DNA from: Chiloscyllium plagiosum
Taxonomy: Eukaryota
NCBI RefSeq assembly: GCF_004010195.1
Contig: NC_057719.1
Coordinates: forward strand, 51,258,518 to 51,322,517
Reading direction: 5' to 3'
DNA length: 64,000 bases
Part shown: positions 51,161 to 60,642 of the stretch, in pieces
Layout: each line of letters begins with the position of its first letter
How positions within the stretch are numbered: position 1 is the first letter of the stretch
The notes under the pieces: generated by a model
What the model was told of the DNA's origin: nothing
The model's input: only the letters and a program-made list of their open reading frames with translations
Databases searched by the model: none
Program-made: the position numbers and the translations under genes

Positions 51161-51272
51161 GAAAAACACAGCAGTTCCGGCAGCATCTGAGGATGCTGCC
51201 GGAACTGCTATGTTTTTCCAGCACCACACTAATCTAGACTCTGGTTTCCAGCATCTGCAGTCATTGTTTTTA
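51161..51272. mobile_element. Miniature fold-back PLE 3'-end insertion; 14-bp TSD (1 mismatch)
   Basis: 31-bp arms 51157-51187 and 51192-51222 with loop tgag. The 3' end cagcatctgcagtcattgtttttac is the same as at 26738. Flanks are cccattagcagctg (51147-51160) and ccccttagcagctg (51273-51286). Confidence 0.88.
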
Positions 51273-52529
51273 CCCCTTAGCAGCTGCCTGGAGTCCATGT
51301 TCACTGGGTAACTTATTTTGTTCATACTTTAAAGACAATTTTCTAATGTTTGCCCTTTCAGGTAGTTCATTCATAACAATATCCAGATGAAATGCCATTT
51401 ATTAGATATGAGGTCATTGTCAGTTCAATTGTGTAGCAGATTAATATTGAATATTTCACAGCTACTCTTCATTTCGTTTATTTTTCCCTCTTGGGCTTTG
51501 GATTCTAATGTATAATTTTCCAAGCGATGGACTGCATTTTCATTTTGTTAATAGTTCAATCACTGCTATCAAATAATGTTTCCCAGTGAGAATCACTTGA
51601 CCTGAGTTTTTTGGAGGAACACAATCACAATGATCAGTAAATAGTCAGAGATTTCAAGCTGCCTCTGAGGTGTTCTCTGTTTACCTGTTGGAGGTATTTG
51701 TACTGTGTTTATAGAAAGGATTAGTGCTGGTGAAGGCTCTTCGCTCTGGCTTTGATATCAGATTGAACAGTTCAAATAAAAACTGTGAATGGCAGACTGA
51801 TTGTGATGCTGGATGTTTCTTCAGAACCACTTCAATCATAATATATAATTTAGTGGTACTCTTTGAAAGAGTGTGCGCCAGGCTAATCAACAGGCAATGT
51901 AGTCTGCATGGGTAATCACTGATAAAATATTCAATCATTCTCAGATGTAATTTGTGAAAAATGATTTTGTAGGCTAGCTCCTCTAAACAAAACAAATTTC
52001 AGGATTATACTTTGATAAAAATATTACAATCCTCAAGCAAAGTACAGCGCCTGAAATGGTCACTTATCCATTCCGTATGAAGATCACTTTCTTAGCTTGA
52101 ACTTGTCTCTTTGTAATTAAAATTCCAATCCAATGGCCAAAATGAGCACAGCAGTATTTGGAGACTTTTGTTCGTTGTACCATAGATGGAAAAATGTATC
52201 AATGCATTGAAGTAGTTATACTGGTTTTATTCTTTCCATACCAATTTTATTGCACAATCTTTTGGAGCAGAATAAAACATTGCTTGTGCAAATTTTGCAG
52301 CTTCTGCAATTGGACACAATTGATAATGCACCTCCTTTATTTTGCTACAATATTTTTTAAATTGTGTATTTTTGAAGAATGTTGCCTTTTTAAATCTGAA
52401 TTTAAATTTTTCATCTCACGCTCCACTGTGTTATACTAGCCAATGGTTTTTATATCCTGTGGGCTGTTTGCTACAGTGCTGATACTGTCAATTTGTGGAT
52501 GTGAGAGAGCAGCGAGAAGATGGTGGCAT

Positions 52530-52850
52530 TTACCATGACCTTGCGGAGAAGGTTATTGACCTTCTTTTTTCACTGCTGGGCATTCCTCCAGATGGCTGAG
52601 ACCACAATAACTTCAGTGGGAACCTCAGGCCAGGCTGGAAGGGTCTCTGCTGGTCCAATAATAACCTGATGAAGGAGCAGCGCTCAAAAAGCTAGTGCTT
52701 CCAAATAAACCAGTTGGACTATAACTTGGTGCTGTGTGATTTGTAACTCTGTCCATCTTTCCTTTCACTACCTCATCTACCAAGGCCTCCAAGTGTCTGT
52801 CTACAAAGTGGGGAGCCATTTCCCCTCCTTTGCCATGTTGGGGCAGATGT
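52530..52850 (-). pseudogene. Harbinger-associated Myb/SANT-like DNA-binding ORF relic, interrupted by a PLE 3' fragment
   Basis: The minus strand reads APHFVDRHLEALVDEVVK and then TLPAWPEVPTEVIVVSAIWRNAQQ*KKKVNNL, the trihelix/Myb-SANT pattern. Confidence 0.7.
52658..52755 (+). mobile_element. 3'-end fragment of a fourth PLE-type family with a decayed hammerhead
   Basis: aac-CTGATGA-A-GGAGC-AGC-GCTCA-AAAA-GCTA-gtg, followed by aataaa and a GT-rich end; it splits the Myb/SANT relic. Confidence 0.7.
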
Positions 52851-54082
52851 GTCAATATACATGCAGGGCAATTCCAGGCTGACACTGCTTGTTTGAATGC
52901 ACAGCAGCCTTTTAAAGGAATGTTGATTTATTCTGAAATATCCCAACACAGCGATCTTTTCATTCTGTAATTTCAGCATCTAGATTCTTTAGTTCAGCCC
53001 TCTCTGTCTTGTGCTGTTTGTCTGTTCATCAGTTGGTGTAATCTGCAAACAATGTAAATCTCTTCTGGAGCATTTACAGTTATTAATGCGAGCTTTCAAC
53101 TTGCCTCATATCCTAATATCTGGAATTCCAGATCTACAGCCATGCCACAGCATTCGGCTCTCCTATTTTGGTGAGCTGCATGCCATCACAGAGCCTCAAC
53201 TGTTCCTTTGAGGGTTTGACTTCGGGATTGCCATTTGGTGTACCTTTATGTAAATCTGTGCAACTCAATGTTGTGCACTACATATTTACTTAATGCTGTC
53301 ATACTGCTGTTTCATCATAGCAGTTACAAACCTTTTTTTTTGTTACATTTACTGTTGTCAACCTACTCTATGATGTAGATTGAATAATTCAAATCTTCAC
53401 CTGACGGCTCTGAGTAGCTAGGCTTGATTTGATGAAATTGTCGTCTGACATTTTGTTTGTCTGCCTACTCGTTAACATGAGTGAAATGTGGTTTAGCTTC
53501 TTTCAGTTAAAAATCTGTCTTGTCCATGTTAGGCATGCTTTCTTTTGTTTTAAATGATGACCTCTACAATATTGCAACTTGTCCTTCAAACTTGATCCTT
53601 TTCTGTTGACTCTTCTGTGGATATTTGGTGTTTTCCTCTAGCATAATTGCATTTGTAGGCTGTTTATTGACATCTTACACAGCCCTGGGCTATTTCTTCA
53701 CAATCTGGACAAACTCACCTGATGTCCCAGGTAATTGTTGTAGCTGTTGATTCACAAGCTCAAAGCTTCCACACATTTATAATTCCTTCAAGAGTAAGAT
53801 TCTCATGTTTTAGCAGTTGTGCTGTCCTTGGACTCTCTTCTATCTTTAATTAGCTCATCTTCCAGTTGTGTAAAGTCACAGGTTTCTGCAAACCTGGTAC
53901 TTCAAATCAATCAATGGTCACATTGGCCTCTAATATTAAACACATATTATTCTAATAGATTCATAGAGTCATACAGATGTACAGCACAGAAACAAACCCT
54001 TTGCTCCATCTCGTCCATGCTGACTGGATATCCTAAACTAATCTCGTCTCATTTGCCAGCATGTGGCCCTTATCCTGCTAAA

Positions 54083-54300
54083 GCTGAAAATGTGTTGCTG
54101 GAAAAGCGCAGCAGGTCAGGCAGCATCCAGGGAACAGGAGAATCGACGTTCCGGGCATAAGCCCTTCTTCAGGAAGGGCTTATGCCCGAAACGTCGATTC
54201 TCCTGTTCCCTGGATGCTGCCTGACCTGCTGCGCTTTTCCAGCAACACATTTTCAGCTCTGATCTCCAGGATCTGCAGACCTCACTTTCTCCTCAAAGAT
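54083..54300. mobile_element. Young 218-bp fold-back PLE insertion centred on the hammerhead; perfect 14-bp TSD
   Basis: 86-bp arms 54082-54167 and 54173-54258 with 1 mismatch, a 5-nt loop and a 42-nt unpaired 3' tail. TSD cttatcctgctaaa at 54069-54082 and 54301-54314. Confidence 0.95.
54143..54175 (-). ncRNA. Minimal hammerhead motif (GAAA changed to GGAA); a 5'-clipped sense copy lies at 54173-54197
   Basis: Minus strand: ttc-CTGAAGA-A-GGGC-TTAT-GCCC-GGAA-CGTC-ga. Plus strand: GA-A-GGGC-TTAT-GCCC-GAAA-CGTC-ga. Confidence 0.75.
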
Positions 54301-54382
54301 CTTATCCTGCTAAACCATTACTATTCATATATCTATTCAGATGCCTTTTAAATGTTGTAATTGCACCAAACTCCACCATTGT

Positions 54383-54700
54383 GGGCGGCACGGTGGCACA
54401 GTGGTTAGCACTGCTGCCTCACAGCGCCAGAGACCCGGGTTCAATTCCCGCCTCAGGCAACTGACTGTGTGGAGTTTGCACGTTCTCCCCGTGTCTGCGT
54501 GGGTTTCCACTGGGTGCTCTGGTTTCCTCCCAATGTCCAAAGATGTGCAAGTGGGTGAATTGGCCATGCTAAATTGCCCATAGTGTTAGGTAAGGGGTAA
54601 ATGTAGGGGTAGGGGTATGGGTGGGTTGCGCTTCGGCGGGTCGGTGTGGACTTGTTGGGCCGAAGGGCCTGTTTACATACTGTAATGTAATCTAATCTAA
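54383..54700 (+). mobile_element. Young HE1-type V-SINE
   Basis: gggcggcacggtggcacagtggttagc A-box, gggttcaattccc B-box, V-domain, CR1-like tail and (taatc)n end; CpGs retained. Confidence 0.95.
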
Positions 54701-55834
54701 ACTAATCACTCCCTCTGGCAGTTCATTCCACACACGCACCACCCTCTGCATGAAAACGTTGCCACTTAGGTCCCTTTAAAATCTTTCCCCTCTCGCCTTA
54801 AACCAATGCTCTCTAGTTTTGGAATCCCCTACCCTGGGAAAAGACCTCCATGCCCCTCATGATTTTATAAAGCTCTATAAGGTCATCCCTCAGCCGTTGA
54901 CACTCCAGGGAAAACAGCCTCAGCCTATTCAGCCTCGCACTATAGCTTAACCCTCCAACGTTGGCAGTCTTTGTAAATCTTTTCTGAACTCTTTCAAGTT
55001 TCAAAACATGTTTCTTACTCTGCAATCCATTGCTATTGCATAATTTCACCGTTGTTCATGCGAAATTGGACTGTAATGGTTCAAGAAGTCAGCTCACCAC
55101 CACTTTCTCGGGGGAACTCGGGACAAACAATAAATGCTGTTGTTGTTGTGTTGCCAGACCATAGGGGCTGCTCTCTTTAATTAGATAGAGTGTGACTGGT
55201 GATGATTTAACCTAAGGGCCTCCAGACCTCAGGTGAGGGAAGAGGTTGAGAAGGAGAGTCCTTACCTAGCTAGTAGTAGCGTGTCCCACAAGTGAATAAA
55301 AACCATTCCCAGCTTTGCCTCACATCTCCAGTCACTTAAACAGGAGCTAGAAGGGGAAAAGCTAAAGCTATTTCCTCTTAAGTTTTCACTGTGATTTTTT
55401 TTACCTTTTCCAGTGATATCCCATTGCACTGCAACTGTGCTTTTTATTTCAGCTCTGGACGCTCACCTTGGTACACCTTCTGACACCATGTTTTGAGCAT
55501 ACAACATAGTGGTGTATTCAGCTCGAGGGCTTTATTGAGGTGAAGCTTAAAATGTCTGTCGACAGGAAGTCTGCCACATGGTAGAGCTCATATGACCACA
55601 GCAAACTCGGAAGGAGATTTGTATTTGGTGGATTTTAATCCAAACAAAATTAATGTCTGGTAACGCTGAAGCAGTTCCAAATTTCAGAGAATAAAAGAAC
55701 TGTGGCAGTTTCCTGGCTATCTTGAACATTCATGTACGAACACCCTTGGTGTAATAACACACCAACTCCAAATTCGTGGATTGAAAAGCTTTCCTGTCTA
55801 TGAAGATGTTGAGTTGATGACTTGGTGTTGTTAT

Positions 55835-56775
55835 ACAGTCATAAAATCATACAGCATAAAAACAGACCCTTCAGTCCAACTTGTCCATGCTGACCAAATG
55901 TCCCCAAACTAAATTAGTCCCACTTGCTTGCATTTAGCCCATATTTCCCTAAAACCTTTGTATTCATGTAACTGTCCAAATGCCTATTAAATGTTGTAAC
56001 TGTACCTCCATCTACTACTTCCTCTGGCAGTTCATTCCATATAAGAACTACCCTTTGTGGGAAAAAGTTGCCCTCCAAGTCCCATTTATATTTTTCTTCT
56101 CTCACCTTAAAAATATACCCTTTAGTTTTGAACTCTCCTACCCTAGGAGAAAAAAAACTTTTGCTGTTCACCTTATCTATGTCCCTCATGATTGTGTAAA
56201 CCTCTTTGAGGTCACCCATCAACCTCTTTATGAAAAAAGTTCCAGCCAATCCAGCCTCTTCCTATAACTCAAGTCCTCCAGACTCAGCAACATCCTTGGA
56301 AGTCTTTCCTGAAACTTCTCCAATTTCATAATATCCTTCCTATAGCAGGACAAGCAAAAACATACACAGTATTTCAAACGTGGCCTCACCAACGTCTATA
56401 TAACTGCAACATGACATCCCAACTCCAATACTGAACAACGATGGTCAGTGAGCTAAGCACTTTCTTAACCACCCTCTATCTGTGATACAACTTTCAAGGA
56501 ACTATGTACCAGAACCCTTAGGTCTCTCTGTTCGACAACACTACCCAGGGCCCTACCATTAATTGTGTAAGCCCTGCCCTTGTTTGTTTTACCAATACAT
56601 AAAACCTCACATTTATCCAAATTAAACTCAATTTGCCATCCCTCGGGCCATTGGCCCAACCGATCATGATCCTTTCATAATCTTAGATAAGCTTAATTCC
56701 TGTCACTGTACTGCAATTTTGGTGTCATCTGCAAACATATTAATAATGCCTCCTAAATTCTCAACCAACTCATTA
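55835..56775 (-). mobile_element. CR1 LINE RT-to-3' UTR fragment
   Basis: FADDTKI complement at 56715-56740, WQIEFNLDKCEVL and FFPQRVVLIWNELPEEVVD motifs. Confidence 0.9.
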
Positions 56776-57202
56776 GGGTGATGCGATGCTGTTGATAGCA
56801 TCTTCTCATCCCATGTTTGAAGAAAGCCTGTGAATATGGCAAATACCTGGGCCTCTATGGCTGCAATGCCAATCCATAAGGACGTTTATATACTTTTACC
56901 CAAACAAAAAATCCATTTGTGACTGCCTCGAGCATCTATATGTGGCTGATTTTGACATGCTGCAATCCTCTATTTCTGATCCTTGGAAAGAGTCAGAAAC
57001 TTAAAAATTGAGAGCCACTGTGATCTTGAGTATAACTGTCTGGGCAGACTGTTGTGCCAGACATTTAAATGTTTGGCACATTCGTTAACATTGGTACATA
57101 AATTCCCAGGAGCTTTCTTTTGCATTGGCCCTTTGTCTAATTCAGATTTGACCTCAGCACTTGGTAGATCCATGCCTCAGTGTAAAATCTGGTTGTCCTT
57201 CC

Positions 57203-57357
57203 CACACAAAAATAGAAATTGCTGGAGAAACTCATCAAGATGCTCTGACGACAAATCACCAGACTTGACAAGTTAGTTCTGCCTTCTTCCTACAGATGCT
57301 GCGATTCTCCAGCAATTTGTTTTTTTTTCATATCTCCACCATCTGCATTTCTTTGCT
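57203..57357. mobile_element. Decayed fold-back copy of the third PLE-type family
   Basis: Arms aaattgctggagaa and ttctccagcaattt around a decayed hammerhead CTGACGA-CAAATC-ACCA-GACTT-GACA-AGTTA; related to 24393-24491. Confidence 0.6.
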
Positions 57358-57769
57358 CGAAATTTTTCTGGTTGTCTTTCTGCCTGGTGCATGCTGTGCT
57401 ACCACCACCTTCTGTCCCTGTCCTCTTCCTGTAACCGTGCATTGCTCCCACTCATATGTTTCTTTTTCACAAATGTGCCACCCACACTGTGTAGATTCTT
57501 TGCCATTAAATGCACTCTTCCTTTTGTTTGGCACACTCTCCTTCATCCAAAGTAGGTGCCTGAGTCATGTGAGGGAAATATATATGCCCTTCTAAAGTTA
57601 CAGTTCCCATTGTCTAACTCTCTTGGGTGTCAGATACAAATGTGTTTAAATTTGATGAAATTGCATGACAACTTGGTTTAAGTTTTTATCATGACCTCAG
57701 GATATTTAATACCCTATGATTCAAATATAGCAGCCTTGTTCTCAGCTGGATCCATCAAAGAGGTGCTGA

Positions 57770-58030
57770 GATGAAGAATGGTTAACTTGTTTACTTGGTG
57801 TTGTTAGAGGGAGGAACATAGCCCAGAGTATCAAGAGAACTCATTTCTCTTCTTTAAATAGGCCATAGCATCTTTTATATTGATTGGAGTAGATAAGCAT
57901 GGCTTTGATTTAACATCTCTTTTAAAACAATGTAATACTGTCAAATACAATCTCTCTCAATACTGTTACCAATATCATTATAAAAATGTTTATGTCCTGG
58001 AGTGGACTGAGGTCAGGGTGCTGCAACTGA
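57770..58030 (-). mobile_element. Ancient DeuSINE/SacSINE1-like relic
   Basis: gagaactcatttctcttctttaaataggccatagcatctttta...tttaacatctc resembles the antisense Deu-domain as I recall it; heavily diverged. Confidence 0.5.
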
Positions 58031-58314
58031 TCAGTTCAAGCATGTGTGATGTTTTGTGTTCAAAATAGATGCTCCAGATGAGCCATCTTGAAACAGGTTT
58101 GCTACTTCTGTGATTAGCACTATTGTGTAGATTATAGGTTTGAGTCAGTTCTTCAAAGAAGGACTGGAAGTAAAGAACAAACTGCATGCAAAGTAATTGT
58201 GAAATGGAAAGGATTTGGTAATGAGACATTGTCAAACAAGGTGTGATTTTGTGAAAACTCTTACTCATGAAAGGTCATAATCAGAACAAAAGTGACATAT
58301 GACAAAAAACGCAA

Positions 58315-58970
58315 TCCTTCAACATTTGTCAGAAATTTGCCTGTACTTCCCACACATGTCATCTATTACATCCATTACACCCGATGTAGTCTCCTCTACA
58401 ATGAGGAGACAGCACGCCAACTTGTGGATCATTTCAGGGAACATCACTGGGACACCTGCACTAACCAACCTCACTGCCCTGTGGCTGAACACTTTAATTC
58501 CCCCTCCCACCCTGCCAAGGACATGGAGGCCCTGGGCCTCCTTCGTCGCCAAATCCTAACCACCCAAAGCCTGAAGGAAAAACATCTCACCGTCCGCCTT
58601 GAGACCCTCCAATTACACGGGATCAACGTGGATTTCACCTGTTTCCCCATTTCCCTTCTCCCCACCTTAACCCAGTCCTGACTTCCAACTTGACACTGCC
58701 TTCTTGACAGTCCTACCTATCCATCTTCCTTCCCACCTATCTGCTCCACCCTCCTCTCTGACNNNNNNNNNNNNNNNNNNNNNNNNNNNNNNNNNNNNNN
58801 NNNNNNNNNNNNNNNNNNNNNNNNNNNNNNNNNNNNCCCCCGGCCCACAAGCCTCAGGCTTATGCCTGAAACGTTGATTCTCCTGCTCCTCGGATGCTCC
58901 CTGATCTGCTGTGCTTTTCCAAAACCACACTCTTCGACTCTGATCTCCAGCATCTGCAGTGTTCACTTTC
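58315..58970 (+). mobile_element. PLE 3' fragment: decayed GIY-YIG endonuclease plus pLTR
   Basis: HVIYYIHYTRCSLLYNEETARQLVDHFREH...PVAEHFNSPSH...LETLQLHGINVDF; gap 58763-58836; decayed hammerhead ggcttatgcctgaaacgttg; 3' end ctccagcatctgcag. Confidence 0.88.
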
Positions 58971-59091
58971 TATTGTTTTTCAACATGCATATGTTGAGGG
59001 GAACATAAATATTTTAAAAATCCACTATCTTGCTTCAAGTGGGAAGAGCGCTATCAGCCTCAAATGTGAAAATTCAAAGCTGGTGCCAGCA

Positions 59092-59168
59092 AGGGGTAGC
59101 ATTGTGGTTAGCATTGCTACCTCACAGTGTCAGGAACCTGAGTTTGATCCCAGCCTTGGGTGACTGCC
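59092..59168 (+). mobile_element. HE1-type SINE tRNA head only, fused to a CR1 fragment
   Basis: gtggttagcattgctacctcacagtgtcaggaacctgagtttgatccc, then an abrupt switch to CR1 sequence at gactgccttcatt. Confidence 0.7.
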
Positions 59169-59690
59169 TTCATTGCTCAGACCATTGACTATAGGAGTTG
59201 GGATGTCATGTTGCAAAGGTACAGACATTGGTGGGGGGCCATGTTTGGAGTACTGTGTAAAGCCTAGTCACCCTGCTATAGAAAGGACATTATTAAATTG
59301 GAGAGGGTTTGGAAAAGATTTACCAGGATGATGCCAGGACTGAAGGGTTTGAGATATAAGGAGAGGCTGGGATGTTTTTCACAGAAAGGTAGGAGATTGA
59401 GGGCTGACCTTATAGAGGTTTATAAACGCATGAGGGGCATAGGTAAAGTGAGTAGCAGCAGTCTTTTCCCTAGGGTTGGGGAATTCAAAACCAGAGGTCA
59501 TATTTTTAAGTTGAGAGGAGAAAGATTTTAAAAAGGATCTGAGGGGCAGCTTTTTCACACAGAGGGTAGTTTGTATGTGGAATGAACTGCCGGAGGAAGT
59601 GATGGATGCAGGTACAGCTACAACATTTGAAAAACCTTTGTACATGAATAGGAAAGATTTAGAAGGATATGGGCCAAATGCAGGCCAAAT
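59168..59690 (+). mobile_element. CR1 LINE 3' portion
   Basis: ERVWKRFTRMMPGL...RLRADLIEVYKRMRG...FKTRGHIFKLRGERF. Confidence 0.9.
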
Positions 59691-59742
59691 GTCATCCCTG
59701 GCCGTAGGGTGCCAGTCAATGAAATGCTGGAGCCATTTAACA

Positions 59743-60642
59743 CCATAAGACATAGGAGCAGTTATTCGGCCATTCAGCTGATCAAGTCTGCTCCACAATT
59801 CAATCATGGCTGATGAGTTTCTCAACCCATTCTCCCACTTTCTTCCCATAAACCTTGATCCTCTTGACCTATCTATCTCAGTCTTAAGTATACTCAATGA
59901 CCTGGCCTCCACAGCCTTCTGTGGCGATGAATTCCATAGATACACCACTCTCTGACTGAAGAAGGTTTTTCTTATTGCCATTCTAAATGGTCTTCCCTTT
60001 ACTCTAAGGCTGTGCTCTTGGGTCCTGGTCTTCCCTACCAATAGAAACATCTTCCCAACATCCATTCTGTCCAGGCCAATCAGTATCCTGTATGGTTCAA
60101 TTGGATCCCCCTTCATCATTCTAAACTCCATTGAGTATAGCCCCAGAGTCCTCAAATGTTCCTCATAAGTTAAGCTATTCATTCCTGGGACCATTCTTGT
60201 GAATCTCCTCTGAACCCACTCAAGGGCCAATACATCCTTCCTGAGATATGGGGCCCAAAACTGTGCACAATGCTGCAAATGTGGCCTGACCAGAGCCTTA
60301 TAGAGCCTCAGAAGTATATCCCTGCTTTTATATTCAATTCTTCTCAAAATAAATACTAGCATTGCACTTACCTTCCTAACTACTTACTCAATCTGCAAGT
60401 TTACCTTGAGAGAATCCTGGACTAGAAGTCCCTTTGCATTTCAGATTTCTGAAATTTCTCCCCATTTAGAAAATACTCTATGTCTCTTCTTCTTACCAAA
60501 GTGCATGACCTCACACTTGCCCATGTTGTACTCCATCTGCAACTTCTTTGACCGCTCTCCTAATCTGTCCAAATCCTTCTGCAGCCTCCCACCTCCTCAA
60601 TGCTACTTGCTCCTCGACCTATCTTTGTATTGTGTGCAAACT
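59743..60642 (-). mobile_element. CR1 LINE ORF2 C-terminal fragment, tail-to-tail with the preceding CR1
   Basis: RIEYKSRDILLRLYKALVRPHLQHCAQFWAPYLRKDVLALEWVQRRFTRMVPGM; 3' tail ctcctatgtcttatgg. Confidence 0.92.

Larger units (their letters stand above)
53955..55010 (-). mobile_element. CR1 LINE 3' portion hosting the PLE hairpin and an HE1 SINE
   Basis: Tail complement catagagtcatacag; LERVQKRFTK...RLFSLECQRLRDDLIELYKIMRG. Confidence 0.88.
53440..55610 (-). mobile_element. Decayed Gypsy LTR retrotransposon: 5' LTR, tRNA-Leu(CAA) PBS and gag with zinc-knuckle relic; interrupted by LINE, SINE and PLE insertions
   Basis: On the minus strand the LTR end aaACA is directly followed by TGGTGTCAGAAG (55488-55477), with AATAAA at 55536-55531. 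Gag pieces AETCDFTQLEDELIKDR, LLKHENLTLE and QYCRGHH...ACLTW.RQIFN*KKLNH lie at 53460-53900. The outer LTR boundary is uncertain. Confidence 0.7.

Noticed and set aside
53715..53890. Minus-strand exon with a strong CAG|GTGAGT donor
   Set aside because: The sequence is a Gypsy gag relic whose recognisable frames contain stops.
54082..54258. miRNA precursor or DNA-transposon MITE
   Set aside because: The arms are PLE 3'-end sequence with an asymmetric tail and a 14-bp TSD, which a retro-insertion with inversion explains better.
54385..54460. tRNA gene (also at 10114, 33255, 25432)
   Set aside because: The A/B boxes run directly into SINE body sequence and there is no poly-T terminator; these are SINE heads.
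57328..57546. Possible gag zinc-knuckle relic
   Set aside because: The similarity is too weak to support from sequence alone.
59379..60362. 327-aa ORF as a host or domesticated gene
   Set aside because: The first ~175 aa are CR1 ORF2 C-terminus. The rest is shifted read-through into the 3' UTR and the antisense strand of the adjacent CR1, and there is no ATG start.
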